Below are positions 1 to 9,182 of a stretch of 64,000 nucleotides of DNA, piece after piece. Where the stretch lies: NCBI GenBank assembly GCA_964520655.1, contig CAZFNI010000009.1, forward strand, positions 5,909-69,908, read 5' to 3'. Position numbers and translations under genes: made by a program. The stretch is from an uncultured Planctomycetales bacterium. GTDB taxonomy: Bacteria; Omnitrophota; Gorgyraeia; Zapsychrales; Fredricksoniimonadaceae. A model generated the notes under the pieces. That model was not told where the DNA came from. It saw only the letters and a list, made by a program, of their open reading frames with translations, and ran no database searches. How positions within the stretch are numbered: the first letter of the stretch is position 1; every line of letters starts with the position of its first letter.

Positions 1-299
1 GGCCCTGGCCAATACTTATCAATGAGCTTATACAAATTCGGTTCTGTATAACAGCTGTAATTATCTACAATGCTGCGATGCGCGACCAAGATCGAATAAC
101 GCTTGTCATTGGAACGCTGCTTGACCTTGGTCAAACGTTCGATCGCCGCCGGGTTATTGGCGTCCGCCGCGATCCCGTACACGGTCTCCGTCGGAAAAAT
201 GACCAGCCCTCCCCGGCGGATGACATGCGCGGCTTCCGCGATGCGGTCCGGCTGGGGTACGGCGGAATCGATCGAAATCACCTTGGTTTTGGCACTCAT
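1..299 (-). CDS. tsaC: L-threonylcarbamoyladenylate synthase family protein (TsaC/YrdC/Sua5-like). Only the 5' part is present; the gene runs off the window start
   Basis: Reverse-strand translation from the ATG at 297-299 reads MSAKTKVISIDSAVPQPDRIAEAAHVIRRGGLVIFPTETVYGIAADANNPAAIERLTKVKQRSNDKRYSILVA..., a classic YrdC N-terminus. It is absent from the ORF track because there is no stop inside the window. Its start overlaps the purD stop (ATGA). Confidence 0.7.
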   Translation of the reverse strand, partial: MSAKTKVISIDSAVPQPDRIAEAAHVIRRGGLVIFPTETVYGIAADANNPAAIERLTKVKQRSNDKRYSILVAHRSIVDNYSCYTEPNLYKLIDKYWPG

Positions 300-1573
300 A
301 CCTTAACGGCTTTCAGCGTCTTTATCCCAATGTCCCGACGAAAAAAAATATGATCAAAATGGATCTTATCCACCGCCGCATAGGCGCGCTCGCGCGCCTT
401 GGTCAAATTCAACCCCAGCGCGGTTACGCCTAAGACTCGTCCGCCGCTGGTGACGATGCGCCCGCCGTCATTCTTTGTACCCGCATGGAAGACGGTCGTG
501 TCATCATCATTCGCTTTTTCCAAACCTGTGATCGGATATCCGCTTTGATACGCTCCGGGGTATCCGCCTGAAGCGATCACTACGCATACGCAGGCACGTT
601 CGTCCCATTTAACACTAAGCTGATCAAGCGTCCCGCTGCATGACGCCATCAAGATGTCAGACAGATCGGAATTCAATCTCGGGAGAATGCATTGCGTTTC
701 CGGGTCGCCGAAACGCACATTATATTCCAGGGTCATGGGTCCGTCTTTAGTCAGCATGATCCCGGCATACAGCACGCCTGTAAACGGCATCCCTTCCTGA
801 TACATCCCCCGGACCGCAGGCTCGATGATCCGGTTGATGATCGCATCCAGCACAGGTGCCGTGACCAAAGGATTAGGAGAGAATGTCCCCATCCCGCCGG
901 TGTTAGGCCCAAGGTCATCATCAAAGATCCGTTTATGGTCCTGGGCGGTCGGCAACACCAAAAAATGTTTCCCATCGCAGATCGCCAGGACAGATGCCTC
1001 CTGACCCTGCAGACAGTCTTCGATCACGATCCGCTTGCCTGCCTGGCCAAAAAGCTTTTTTACCATCATATCATCAACTGCAGTCTGTGCCTCTTTTAAA
1101 TTCTGACAAACATAAACGCCTTTTCCGGCTGCAACGCCGTCCGCCTTGACCACGATCGGCATCGACGCATTTTGAAGGTGCTCCAATGCCGTTTGAGGAT
1201 CATCAAATACTTTATAAGGCGCGGTGGGAATGCCGCGGCGCTGCATGAAATCCTTGCAAAAAGCTTTACTGCCCTCTAATTGAGCCGCCGCCTGTGTCGG
1301 TCCGAATATCTTTAAGCCTTTTTTCTTGAACGCATCCACGATCCCCAGAACAAGCGACGCCTCAGGCCCGACGATCGTCAGGCTAATATTATTCTCAAGA
1401 GCGAATGCCAAAAGCCCGTTGACGTCCTCGACGCCCACAGGCACACATTGCGCGATCTGGCTGATGCCGGCATTACCCGGCGCACAGTAAAGCCGTTCGA
1501 CTTTCGGGGATTGTTTGAGTTTCCAGCACAGCGCGTGTTCCCGCCCGCCGGAGCCGATGACTAGAACGTTCAT
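296..1573 (-). CDS. purD: phosphoribosylamine--glycine ligase (GAR synthetase)
   Basis: 425 aa. N-terminus MNVLVIGSGGREHALCWKL and an ATP-grasp body, typical of PurD. Confidence 0.9.
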   Translation of the reverse strand: MNVLVIGSGGREHALCWKLKQSPKVERLYCAPGNAGISQIAQCVPVGVEDVNGLLAFALENNISLTIVGPEASLVLGIVDAFKKKGLKIFGPTQAAAQLEGSKAFCKDFMQRRGIPTAPYKVFDDPQTALEHLQNASMPIVVKADGVAAGKGVYVCQNLKEAQTAVDDMMVKKLFGQAGKRIVIEDCLQGQEASVLAICDGKHFLVLPTAQDHKRIFDDDLGPNTGGMGTFSPNPLVTAPVLDAIINRIIEPAVRGMYQEGMPFTGVLYAGIMLTKDGPMTLEYNVRFGDPETQCILPRLNSDLSDILMASCSGTLDQLSVKWDERACVCVVIASGGYPGAYQSGYPITGLEKANDDDTTVFHAGTKNDGGRIVTSGGRVLGVTALGLNLTKARERAYAAVDKIHFDHIFFRRDIGIKTLKAVKV

Positions 1574-1581
1574 GGCCGCCT

Positions 1582-2589
1582 TTATTTGACAAATTTGACT
1601 TTATGGGCCGCGTCTTTGACCACGCTGCCGATCACAAACGATTCCACATGATGCTTCAACAACCGCGCGTGGACATCCGACACATGGTTGGGATCGACAA
1701 CGATCGCGAACCCAATGCCCATGTTAAACGTGCGGAACATGTCATGCTCGGGGACGCGCCCCTTATCCGCGATCAACGTGAAGATCCTCGGGATGGGCCA
1801 GCTTCCTTTTGTCACTTCAAAAGCAAGTCCCTGCGGCAGCATCTTGGTCAATTTCTCATACCATGCGCCGCCGGTCATATGGGCCATGCCCTTAAGCGGC
1901 ACGTGGGCGATCAGATCCAGCACGGGTTTGACATAAATATTCGTGGGCTTAAGTAAAATGGACGCGTAGGCTTTTTGATCCCTGGGAGACAGCGCTTTGC
2001 GCGCCAGCGAATACCCGTTGGAATGAAGACCGGAAGATGGAAGTCCGATCAGCACATCGCCGTTCTTGATCGTTGAACCGTCAATGATCTTGGACCTGTC
2101 CGCGACACCTACGACAAAACCAGCCAGGTCATATTCCTCGCCCTTATACATATCGGGCATCTCTGCCGTCTCGCCGCCGATCAAGGCACAGCCAGAAAGA
2201 CGACATCCCGCCACGATCCCCTTCATAACCTCTTTCATGGTCTTTAAATTCAGTTTGCCGGTGGCCATATAATCCAGAAAGAACAAAGGCTTGGCCCCCG
2301 TGCACAAAATATCATTCACATTCATCGCCACCAGGTCGATCCCCACCGTGTCATGCTTGCCGGCCAAGTTCGCGACCAGCAATTTCGTTCCAACACCGTC
2401 GGTTGAGGACACCAAAACCGGGTCCTTGATGCCTTTAAGGTCAAGGCCGAACAGCGCCCCAAATGAGCCCGGACGATTCAAGACATCTTTGGTCAGCGTC
2501 TTTTGCGTCATGGCCTTGATGCCGTCGACAAAACGATTAGCCTTGGCAATATCAACACCAGCTTTTTTATAAGTCAAATGGGCGACCAT
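1582..2589 (-). CDS. purM: phosphoribosylformylglycinamidine cyclo-ligase (AIR synthetase)
   Basis: 335 aa with a PurM-like AIRS fold (GVDIAKANRFV, VSSTDGVGTKL). Confidence 0.9.
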   Translation of the reverse strand: MVAHLTYKKAGVDIAKANRFVDGIKAMTQKTLTKDVLNRPGSFGALFGLDLKGIKDPVLVSSTDGVGTKLLVANLAGKHDTVGIDLVAMNVNDILCTGAKPLFFLDYMATGKLNLKTMKEVMKGIVAGCRLSGCALIGGETAEMPDMYKGEEYDLAGFVVGVADRSKIIDGSTIKNGDVLIGLPSSGLHSNGYSLARKALSPRDQKAYASILLKPTNIYVKPVLDLIAHVPLKGMAHMTGGAWYEKLTKMLPQGLAFEVTKGSWPIPRIFTLIADKGRVPEHDMFRTFNMGIGFAIVVDPNHVSDVHARLLKHHVESFVIGSVVKDAAHKVKFVK

Positions 2590-2594
2590 AGTAT

Positions 2595-3386
2595 TTAAAA
2601 ATTCTTTCGGATATAATCGACCCCATTGGAAAAGATCGAGGCGCCATCGCCTAGATTAGAGGCGCGCACAAGTCTTGTCCAATACGGGTGCTGTTCAAAT
2701 AATAAATGTCTCTCCGGATGCGGCATCAACCCCAACACCCTGCCGGTCGGATCGCAGATCCCGGCAATATCATCGAGCGAACCATTAGGATTATCGGGAT
2801 AAGAAGGTTTCTGCCCATCGGGAGCGCAGTAACGAAAGACGACCTGGCCGTTGGATTTGATCTGAGACAAGATCCCCGTGTCGTCGACCATGAACTTTCC
2901 TTCGCCGTGGGCCACGGGCAAATAGATCTGCGGCGCTATCCCTTGCGTCCACACACATTTGCTTTGTTCCACCGCCAAATGCGTCCAGCGGGCTTCGAAT
3001 TTGGCTGAGTCATTGTGATACAGCGTCGCCTCCTGCCCTTCAAGCAAACGGATGCCGGGCAAGATCCCCGCCTTGACCAAGATCTGGAATCCATTACATA
3101 TCCCAATGATCAGCTTGCCCTGCTCGATGAAATGACGTATCTCATCACCCAGCTTCAAGCGCAATTCATTGGCCAGAATGCGGCCGGAGGCGATATCGTC
3201 TCCGTAGCTGAATCCACCTGGAAGCGCCAGGATATGGGCATCCCCCAGACGGGACTCCTTACGGCAGAGCGCGTCAATGTGCACCTGAGTAACATCGGCC
3301 CCAAAGTATTCAAAAGCGTAGGCCGTTTCCTCGTTGCAATTGGTCCCGGCGGTGCGGAGAACTGTGACGTTAACTTTTTTTGCCAT
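2595..3386 (-). CDS. purQ: phosphoribosylformylglycinamidine synthase glutaminase subunit
   Basis: 263 aa class-I glutamine amidotransferase. It has the PGGFSYGDD and GICNGFQIL catalytic-Cys motifs. Confidence 0.9.
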   Translation of the reverse strand: MAKKVNVTVLRTAGTNCNEETAYAFEYFGADVTQVHIDALCRKESRLGDAHILALPGGFSYGDDIASGRILANELRLKLGDEIRHFIEQGKLIIGICNGFQILVKAGILPGIRLLEGQEATLYHNDSAKFEARWTHLAVEQSKCVWTQGIAPQIYLPVAHGEGKFMVDDTGILSQIKSNGQVVFRYCAPDGQKPSYPDNPNGSLDDIAGICDPTGRVLGLMPHPERHLLFEQHPYWTRLVRASNLGDGASIFSNGVDYIRKNF

Positions 3387-4080
3387 GATGCGTCTTTTTA
3401 TGCTGATAGAATTTTTTGATGATCTTGATCACATCTTCGGGCGTATCAACGACCTGGATCAAGTCCAAGTCCTTAGCGTCGATACAACCTTCATGCAGCA
3501 TCTGTGCTTCAAACCAGTCCAACAGCGGTTGCCAGTATTTAGACCCGAATAAAATGACCGGGAAACGGTCCATGCGCTGGGTCTGGATCAGAGTGATACT
3601 TTCTGAAAGCTCATCGAGCGTGCCATACCCGCCGGGGAAAATGACGAATGCTTTGGCATATTTGACAAAACAGACTTTCCGGCAAAAGAAATAATGGAAA
3701 TTGATCAAATGATTGATAAAAGGATTCGGCTTCTGCTCAAATGGCAGATCAATATTAAGCCCGATCGATTTACCGCCAGCCTCGGTGGCACCTTTATTGC
3801 CCGCTTCCATGATGCTCGGTCCTCCGCCGGTGATGACCCCGTATCCGGCCTTGACCAACAGCGACGCGGTCTTTTCTGCCGCTTTATAATACGCGTGATT
3901 GGGCTTGATGCGCGCCGAGCCAAAGATACTGACCGCCGGCCCGATATCTTTCAGCTCTTCAAAACCGTCCACAAATTCCGCCATGATGCGGAAGATCCGC
4001 CAGGGATCCTCCATCATTTCCAAATCCGGCGCCTTCACATTCGTTTTTCGTTTCATGATTGTCCCAGAGGCTTTTGCCAT
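3370..4080 (-). CDS. LOG-family protein (TIGR00730-type Rossmann nucleotide N-ribohydrolase, the so-called lysine-decarboxylase-like family)
   Basis: Motifs FGSARIK, GVITGGGPSIMEAGNKGA and FPGGYGTLDEL. It overlaps the purQ start and sits 27 nt from purSL. Confidence 0.75.
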   Translation of the reverse strand: MAKASGTIMKRKTNVKAPDLEMMEDPWRIFRIMAEFVDGFEELKDIGPAVSIFGSARIKPNHAYYKAAEKTASLLVKAGYGVITGGGPSIMEAGNKGATEAGGKSIGLNIDLPFEQKPNPFINHLINFHYFFCRKVCFVKYAKAFVIFPGGYGTLDELSESITLIQTQRMDRFPVILFGSKYWQPLLDWFEAQMLHEGCIDAKDLDLIQVVDTPEDVIKIIKKFYQHKKTHHGKKS

Positions 4081-6953
4081 GTTTGTTTTAATTGATCGAT
4101 GTGCGTATTGACCACAACTTCATCCTTAAGGCCGTAGATGATGACCTCGGGGGACGATTCCACCGTCCCGATCTTAGCCGCGGCCATACCCTTAAATATT
4201 TTCAAAAACTCCTCTTCTTTATCCGGAGCAACCTCGGCCAGAAAACGGCTGTTGCTCTCACTAAACAATACCGCATCATCCCGTCGTAGTTTCCCGTCAT
4301 AAGGAACTTTACTCAACAAAGCTGTAACCCCTAAACCTCCGGCAAAGGCCATTTCCGCGATCGCTGCCCCTAAGCCCCCTTCCGAACTATCATGCAGGGA
4401 CTTAACCAGCCCCTGTTCTACAGCTCGGCCAACCGCCTCATATAACTTAACGGCTTTTATATAATCCACACGCGGGACTGAAGCCCCCAACTGCCCGAGA
4501 TTCTCTAAATAAATGGACCCGCCTAATTCATCATGGGTCATCCCCAACACATAAATGCTATTGCCAGCGCTTTTGAAATCCATGGTCACGCAGCGCTTAA
4601 CATTGTCGATGATCCCAAGTGATGAGATCAAGATCGTCCCCGGGATGGCGATACTTTTGCCGTCCTGGGTGTATTCATTGTAAAGACTGTCTTTCCCGGA
4701 AATAAACGGCGTTCCAAACGCCTTCGCGGCCTCGTAGCACCCTTGCGCGCAGCGCACAAGCGATCCCAAACGATCCGGCTTATCCGGATTGCCCCAGCAA
4801 AAATTATCCAGCAAAGCGATCTTCTTAAGATCCCCCCCCACCGCAATGATCTGGCGTATTGCCTCGTCGATAGTTGAGGCGGCCATCCAGAACGGGTCGA
4901 TCATGCCATAACGCACATTGATCCCGTTGGCCACCGCGATCCCTTTATCGGACCCGAGTCTCGGCCTCAAGACCGCGGCATCAGACGGACCATCGGTATT
5001 GATCCCGACCATCGGCTTAATGACCGATGTCCCCTGCACTTCATGGTCGTAGACACGGACGACGCTTTCCTTGGAGGCCACATTATAATGACCCATCACA
5101 CCCAGCAGGTCTTTGGTCAGATCTTTCTTGACCGGCAGCTTTTCTTTCTTGACCTTCGCCGGTGTATAGACCGCTTCTTTCGCGATCTTAGGCAATCCTT
5201 CGTGGATAAAATGCATGTCCAGATCGCAGACCCTGGTACCGTGATAGAACAACTGCAGACGGCCGCCGGTAAACTCACCGATCACCACCGCCTCGACATT
5301 CTCATTCTCAAATATTTTTAACAGCGCCTGGATATTCTTCGCCGGCACCGACAACACCATGCGTTCCTGTGATTCAGAGATCCAGATCTCATGGTATTTC
5401 AACCCTTGATACTTTAACGGCGCCTTATCTAAATATACTTTTGCCCCGGTCTGGGCCCCCATCTCTCCGACGGCAGAGGAAAACCCGCCGGCCCCGCAGT
5501 CCGTGATCGCGCTGTACAGCCCCGCATCCCTGGCTTTAAGCAAAGCATCCGCGACTTTCTTCTCTTCAATGGGGTTACCGATCTGCACCGCTCCGGAAGA
5601 AACTGTTTCCGATTCACTGGTCAGTTCACCCGAGGAAAATGTCGCGCCGTGTATCCCATCACGGCCGGTACGTCCTCCCACCGCAACGATCAAATCTCCA
5701 TCCCCAACTTTTTTCGTCTCTTTCCCCTTAGGGATCAATCCCACATTCCCGCAAAACACTAATGGATTTCCGACAAAATGCTCGTCGAACACAATGGCCC
5801 CGTTAACGGTCGGGATACCCATCTTGTTGCCGTAATCGCGTACACCAGAAATAACACCTTTCATGACCCTCTTGGGACTTAAGGCCCCTTTGGGCAAACG
5901 GCCAAGCGGCATCGTCGGAGGCGCAAAACAAAAGACGTCCGTATTGCATAACGGCTTAGCCGCCATCCCTGTTCCCAGCGTATCGCGGATGACACCGCCG
6001 ACGCCGGTATTGGCACCGCCAAAAGGTTCCAAGGCGGATGGATGATTGTGCGTCTCCACCTTAAAACAAACATGATACTGTTCGTCAAAAGCGATCACCC
6101 CGGCATTATCCACGAACACTGACACGCACCAGGGCTTATTGATCTCCTGGGTGGCTTTGGCGATCGTCGTCTTGAATAAACTATTGATGACCGTGGTCGT
6201 TGGCTTCTTGCCCTCTTTGGAGATAAAACGGATCTGACCGCGGAAAGTCTTGTGGTTGCAATGTTCGCTCCAGGTCTGGGCAATGGTCTCAAGCTCGACA
6301 TCCGTCGGGTTTCGGCCTTCCCCTTTAAAATAATCCTTGATCGCGCGCATTTCATTAAGATTCAAATACAGCTGCCCCAGCCGGCTTAACTCCATAAGCT
6401 TTTCATCATCCGCCTTTAACAGGTCAACCGTGATCAACTGGACTTTGCTGATCCGGGGAGACTCGATCGTCAGTGTCGCGGGCAGGACTTTGGGATCCGC
6501 CGGATGCTGGATCAATTTATTTAGGAGCACCCGCTGGGTGATGACCGACATATCTTTCGCGGTGATCTTTCCGACCAATTGATACTGACGGGCCGTGCGC
6601 ACCGCTTCGATCTTATCAAATCCCAGATCTTTGATCCCTTTAACGGTCGAGGCTTCGATAGGGTCCATGACCCCGGTATTGTAGGCGACTTCAATAATAT
6701 GGGACAAAGACCGCATTTTGCCCACGCGGTCCGCGTCTATGATGTGATATTCTTCAACGATGGGATCAACGAGCAGCTGGCTGGCGATCGTCTCTACGTC
6801 CGAGCGGCTTAAATTGCCCTGCAGCAGATACACATAGGCCATGCGCACATCCCGGATGCCTTTGATCTTAAGCTCCGCAATGTCCGCCACAATGCTTTTG
6901 CATAAACGTGCGGCAAAATCACCTTTTTGCCGCACTTCCACCCGCCAAATCAT
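4053..6953 (-). CDS. purL: phosphoribosylformylglycinamidine synthase II fused to an N-terminal PurS-like region (PurS-PurL fusion)
   Basis: 966 aa. The N-terminal ~230 aa contains two PurS-like segments (…LLVDPIVEEYHI… and …LIQHPADP…). The PurL body follows, with TWSEHCNHKTF and AIR-synthase-related domains. Confidence 0.9.
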   Translation of the reverse strand: MIWRVEVRQKGDFAARLCKSIVADIAELKIKGIRDVRMAYVYLLQGNLSRSDVETIASQLLVDPIVEEYHIIDADRVGKMRSLSHIIEVAYNTGVMDPIEASTVKGIKDLGFDKIEAVRTARQYQLVGKITAKDMSVITQRVLLNKLIQHPADPKVLPATLTIESPRISKVQLITVDLLKADDEKLMELSRLGQLYLNLNEMRAIKDYFKGEGRNPTDVELETIAQTWSEHCNHKTFRGQIRFISKEGKKPTTTVINSLFKTTIAKATQEINKPWCVSVFVDNAGVIAFDEQYHVCFKVETHNHPSALEPFGGANTGVGGVIRDTLGTGMAAKPLCNTDVFCFAPPTMPLGRLPKGALSPKRVMKGVISGVRDYGNKMGIPTVNGAIVFDEHFVGNPLVFCGNVGLIPKGKETKKVGDGDLIVAVGGRTGRDGIHGATFSSGELTSESETVSSGAVQIGNPIEEKKVADALLKARDAGLYSAITDCGAGGFSSAVGEMGAQTGAKVYLDKAPLKYQGLKYHEIWISESQERMVLSVPAKNIQALLKIFENENVEAVVIGEFTGGRLQLFYHGTRVCDLDMHFIHEGLPKIAKEAVYTPAKVKKEKLPVKKDLTKDLLGVMGHYNVASKESVVRVYDHEVQGTSVIKPMVGINTDGPSDAAVLRPRLGSDKGIAVANGINVRYGMIDPFWMAASTIDEAIRQIIAVGGDLKKIALLDNFCWGNPDKPDRLGSLVRCAQGCYEAAKAFGTPFISGKDSLYNEYTQDGKSIAIPGTILISSLGIIDNVKRCVTMDFKSAGNSIYVLGMTHDELGGSIYLENLGQLGASVPRVDYIKAVKLYEAVGRAVEQGLVKSLHDSSEGGLGAAIAEMAFAGGLGVTALLSKVPYDGKLRRDDAVLFSESNSRFLAEVAPDKEEEFLKIFKGMAAAKIGTVESSPEVIIYGLKDEVVVNTHIDQLKQTWQKPLGQS

Positions 6954-6967
6954 GGTAAGCTCTTTTT

Positions 6968-7672
6968 CTACTGCGAAACGCGCCGCAGGACTTCTTGGTA
7001 GGCCCCCTCAACGTTGCCCAGATCCCGGCGGAAACGGTCTTTGTCTAACTTGTTGCCCGTCCCCACTTCCCACAAACGGCAGGTATCGGGAGATATCTCA
7101 TCCGCGAGGATGATCGTCCCTTCGACACGGCCAAATTCCAGTTTAAAATCGATCAATTCGATCTTAAGCCCCAGAAAAAACTCCGAAAGCGCCTTATTGA
7201 TCAAAAGCGCCTGGTCCTTGATCTGGGCCACTTCTGCGTCTGTGGCGATATTGAGCGCCCGGATATGATACTCATTGATCAAGGGGTCGCCTAATTCATC
7301 TTTCTTATAACAAAATTCCACGACGGGACAGGACAATGTCAAGCCTTCAGCTAAGCCCAGCATACGGCACATGGACCCGGCCGCACGGTTGCGGACAATG
7401 ACCTCTAAGGGAACGATGTTGACACGCTTGACCAACATGTCCCTGTCGCTTAATTGTTTCACAAAATGGGACTTAATGCCCTTTTTTGTCAACGCCTCAA
7501 AGATCTTGGAGGCAATGGCATTGTTCATCACGCCTTTTTGCGCAATGGTGCCGCGCTTCTGCGCATTGAATGCGGTGGCATCATCCTTGAAATACTGGAT
7601 GAGCAGCGCCGGATCCTCAGTCGTATAAAGGATCTTGGCTTTGCCTTCGTATATTTTGTCTTTCTTCTGCAC
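6968..7672 (-). CDS. purC: phosphoribosylaminoimidazole-succinocarboxamide synthase
   Basis: 234 aa, MQKKDKIYEGKAKILY… as expected for a SAICAR synthetase. Confidence 0.9.
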   Translation of the reverse strand: MQKKDKIYEGKAKILYTTEDPALLIQYFKDDATAFNAQKRGTIAQKGVMNNAIASKIFEALTKKGIKSHFVKQLSDRDMLVKRVNIVPLEVIVRNRAAGSMCRMLGLAEGLTLSCPVVEFCYKKDELGDPLINEYHIRALNIATDAEVAQIKDQALLINKALSEFFLGLKIELIDFKLEFGRVEGTIILADEISPDTCRLWEVGTGNKLDKDRFRRDLGNVEGAYQEVLRRVSQ

Positions 7673-8967
7673 TATTTGATCCCCGCGCGTTTAAAGATCT
7701 TATCGCGATGACGAACGTAATACTTGATATCAAAACAGCCGTCGATCTCGTTCTTAGACAGATATTTGCGGACACGGCGGTCGCGGTTGAGCACTTCCTT
7801 GAAGTCAGAGTTCTCCTGCCACACCTGCATGGCACACGATTGGATGATCTCATACGCGGCGTCGCGGGTCAGGCCTTTTTTCATCAATTCCAGCAGCGTG
7901 CGCTGAGAATAGATAAGCCCCTTGGTCTTGGACAATGAGGTGATCATGTTCTTAGGATAGACCAGCAGCCCCTCGACGATAGGGATGAATTTGTTAAGCA
8001 TATAGTTCAACGCGATCGTGCAATCAGGCAGGATCACGCGTTCCGCGGAAGAATGGCTGATGTCGCGTTCATGCCACAAATTGATATTTTCAAACGCCAC
8101 GATCGTGTGGGCGCGGATGATGCGCGCGAGCCCGCAGATGCGTTCGCAGGTCACCGGATTACGTTTATGCGGCATAGCCGAGGAGCCGATCTGGCCCTTG
8201 AAGAACGGCTCTTCCACTTCCAAGATCTCTGTTTTCTGCAATGCGCGGATCTCAGTGGCAAATTTTTCTAACGAGGAGGCGATCAAACCGAGCGTCATCA
8301 CGAACTGCGCGTGATGGTCGCGCTGGATGATCTGTGTCGCTACGTTCGCCGGCTTTAAGCTCAGCTGTTCGCAGACATATTCTTCAACGAACGGATCGAT
8401 ATTGGCATATGTCCCCACGGCGCCAGACAACTTGCCGATGCGCATACCTTCGCGAGCCTGGATCAAGCGTTCCAGATTACGGTTGGTCTCATCATACCAG
8501 ATCGCCAACTTCAAACCGAACGTGGTCGGTTCCGCATGAACCCCGTGGGTGCGGGCGATGCAGATCGTGTCCTTGTATTTCTTGGCCTTTTCTTTAAGCG
8601 CCGCAGAAAGCTTCTTCACATCAGCGATCAGAATGTCGGACGCTTCCACGCACTGCATGGATAATGAGGTGTCCAACAGGTCGGAAGAGGTCATGCCCAT
8701 ATGCAGATATTGGGCATCAGCCCCCAAGTTCTGACCAACATTTTGGATAAAAGCAACAACATCATGCTTGGTGCGTTCTTCAATACGGCGAACTTCTTCT
8801 AAGTCAAATTTCGCATTTTTCTTGATCTTTTCCATGGCCGGTTTCGGGATAGCGCCCAATTTCGCCATGGCCTCACAAGCTAAGATCTCGATCTTAAGCA
8901 TAATTTCCATTTTATGCTCATCTGACCAAATGCGGCTCATTTTAGAAAGTGAATAACGGTCGATCAT
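7672..8967 (-). CDS. purB: adenylosuccinate lyase
   Basis: 431 aa, fumarate-lyase family, with the signature GMTSSDLLDTSLSMQ. Confidence 0.9.
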   Translation of the reverse strand: MIDRYSLSKMSRIWSDEHKMEIMLKIEILACEAMAKLGAIPKPAMEKIKKNAKFDLEEVRRIEERTKHDVVAFIQNVGQNLGADAQYLHMGMTSSDLLDTSLSMQCVEASDILIADVKKLSAALKEKAKKYKDTICIARTHGVHAEPTTFGLKLAIWYDETNRNLERLIQAREGMRIGKLSGAVGTYANIDPFVEEYVCEQLSLKPANVATQIIQRDHHAQFVMTLGLIASSLEKFATEIRALQKTEILEVEEPFFKGQIGSSAMPHKRNPVTCERICGLARIIRAHTIVAFENINLWHERDISHSSAERVILPDCTIALNYMLNKFIPIVEGLLVYPKNMITSLSKTKGLIYSQRTLLELMKKGLTRDAAYEIIQSCAMQVWQENSDFKEVLNRDRRVRKYLSKNEIDGCFDIKYYVRHRDKIFKRAGIK

Positions 8968-9070
8968 GATGTCTCCTATCTTGAGTATCTATAACCAGTT
9001 AGCAGTGACAAGAATTTTTCCAAATGGGGATTGTCGTTAATAAAAATAATAACGGATTTAAAGCGGGGTT

Positions 9071-9099
9071 AATATAGCAGAGAAAATTTACACGGTCAA
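9071..9099 (-). promoter_or_regulatory. candidate sigma70 promoter of the pur operon
   Basis: Minus-strand TTGACC, 17-nt spacer, TATATT. It lies about 110 nt upstream of the purB ATG, and AGGAGA sits just before the ATG. Confidence 0.4.
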
Positions 9100-9111
9100 C
9101 TAAAAAAAACG

Positions 9112-9165
9112 GGCCAAAAAACCATAAAAAGCCGCAAGTCGTTAAATTACAATGACTTGCGGCTT
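9112..9165 (-). terminator. rho-independent terminator after the DUF2059 gene
   Basis: 12-bp stem AAGCCGCAAGTC/GACTTGCGGCTT followed on the minus-strand RNA by UUUAUGGUUUUUUGG. Confidence 0.6.
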
Positions 9166-9182
9166 AAATAATCCTGATCTAT

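Noticed and set aside
78-353. Plus-strand ORFs 78..353 and 103..306
   Set aside because: They are antisense to the clearly homologous tsaC/yrdC coding sequence on the minus strand, and they have no RBS or homology signal.
692-1099. ORFs antisense within purD, purM, purQ and purL (for example 692..1099, 1603..1956, 2706..3008, 5503..5835)
   Set aside because: They are embedded antisense in well-conserved purine genes. The translations are low-complexity, Arg/Pro-rich and typical of GC-rich antisense frames.
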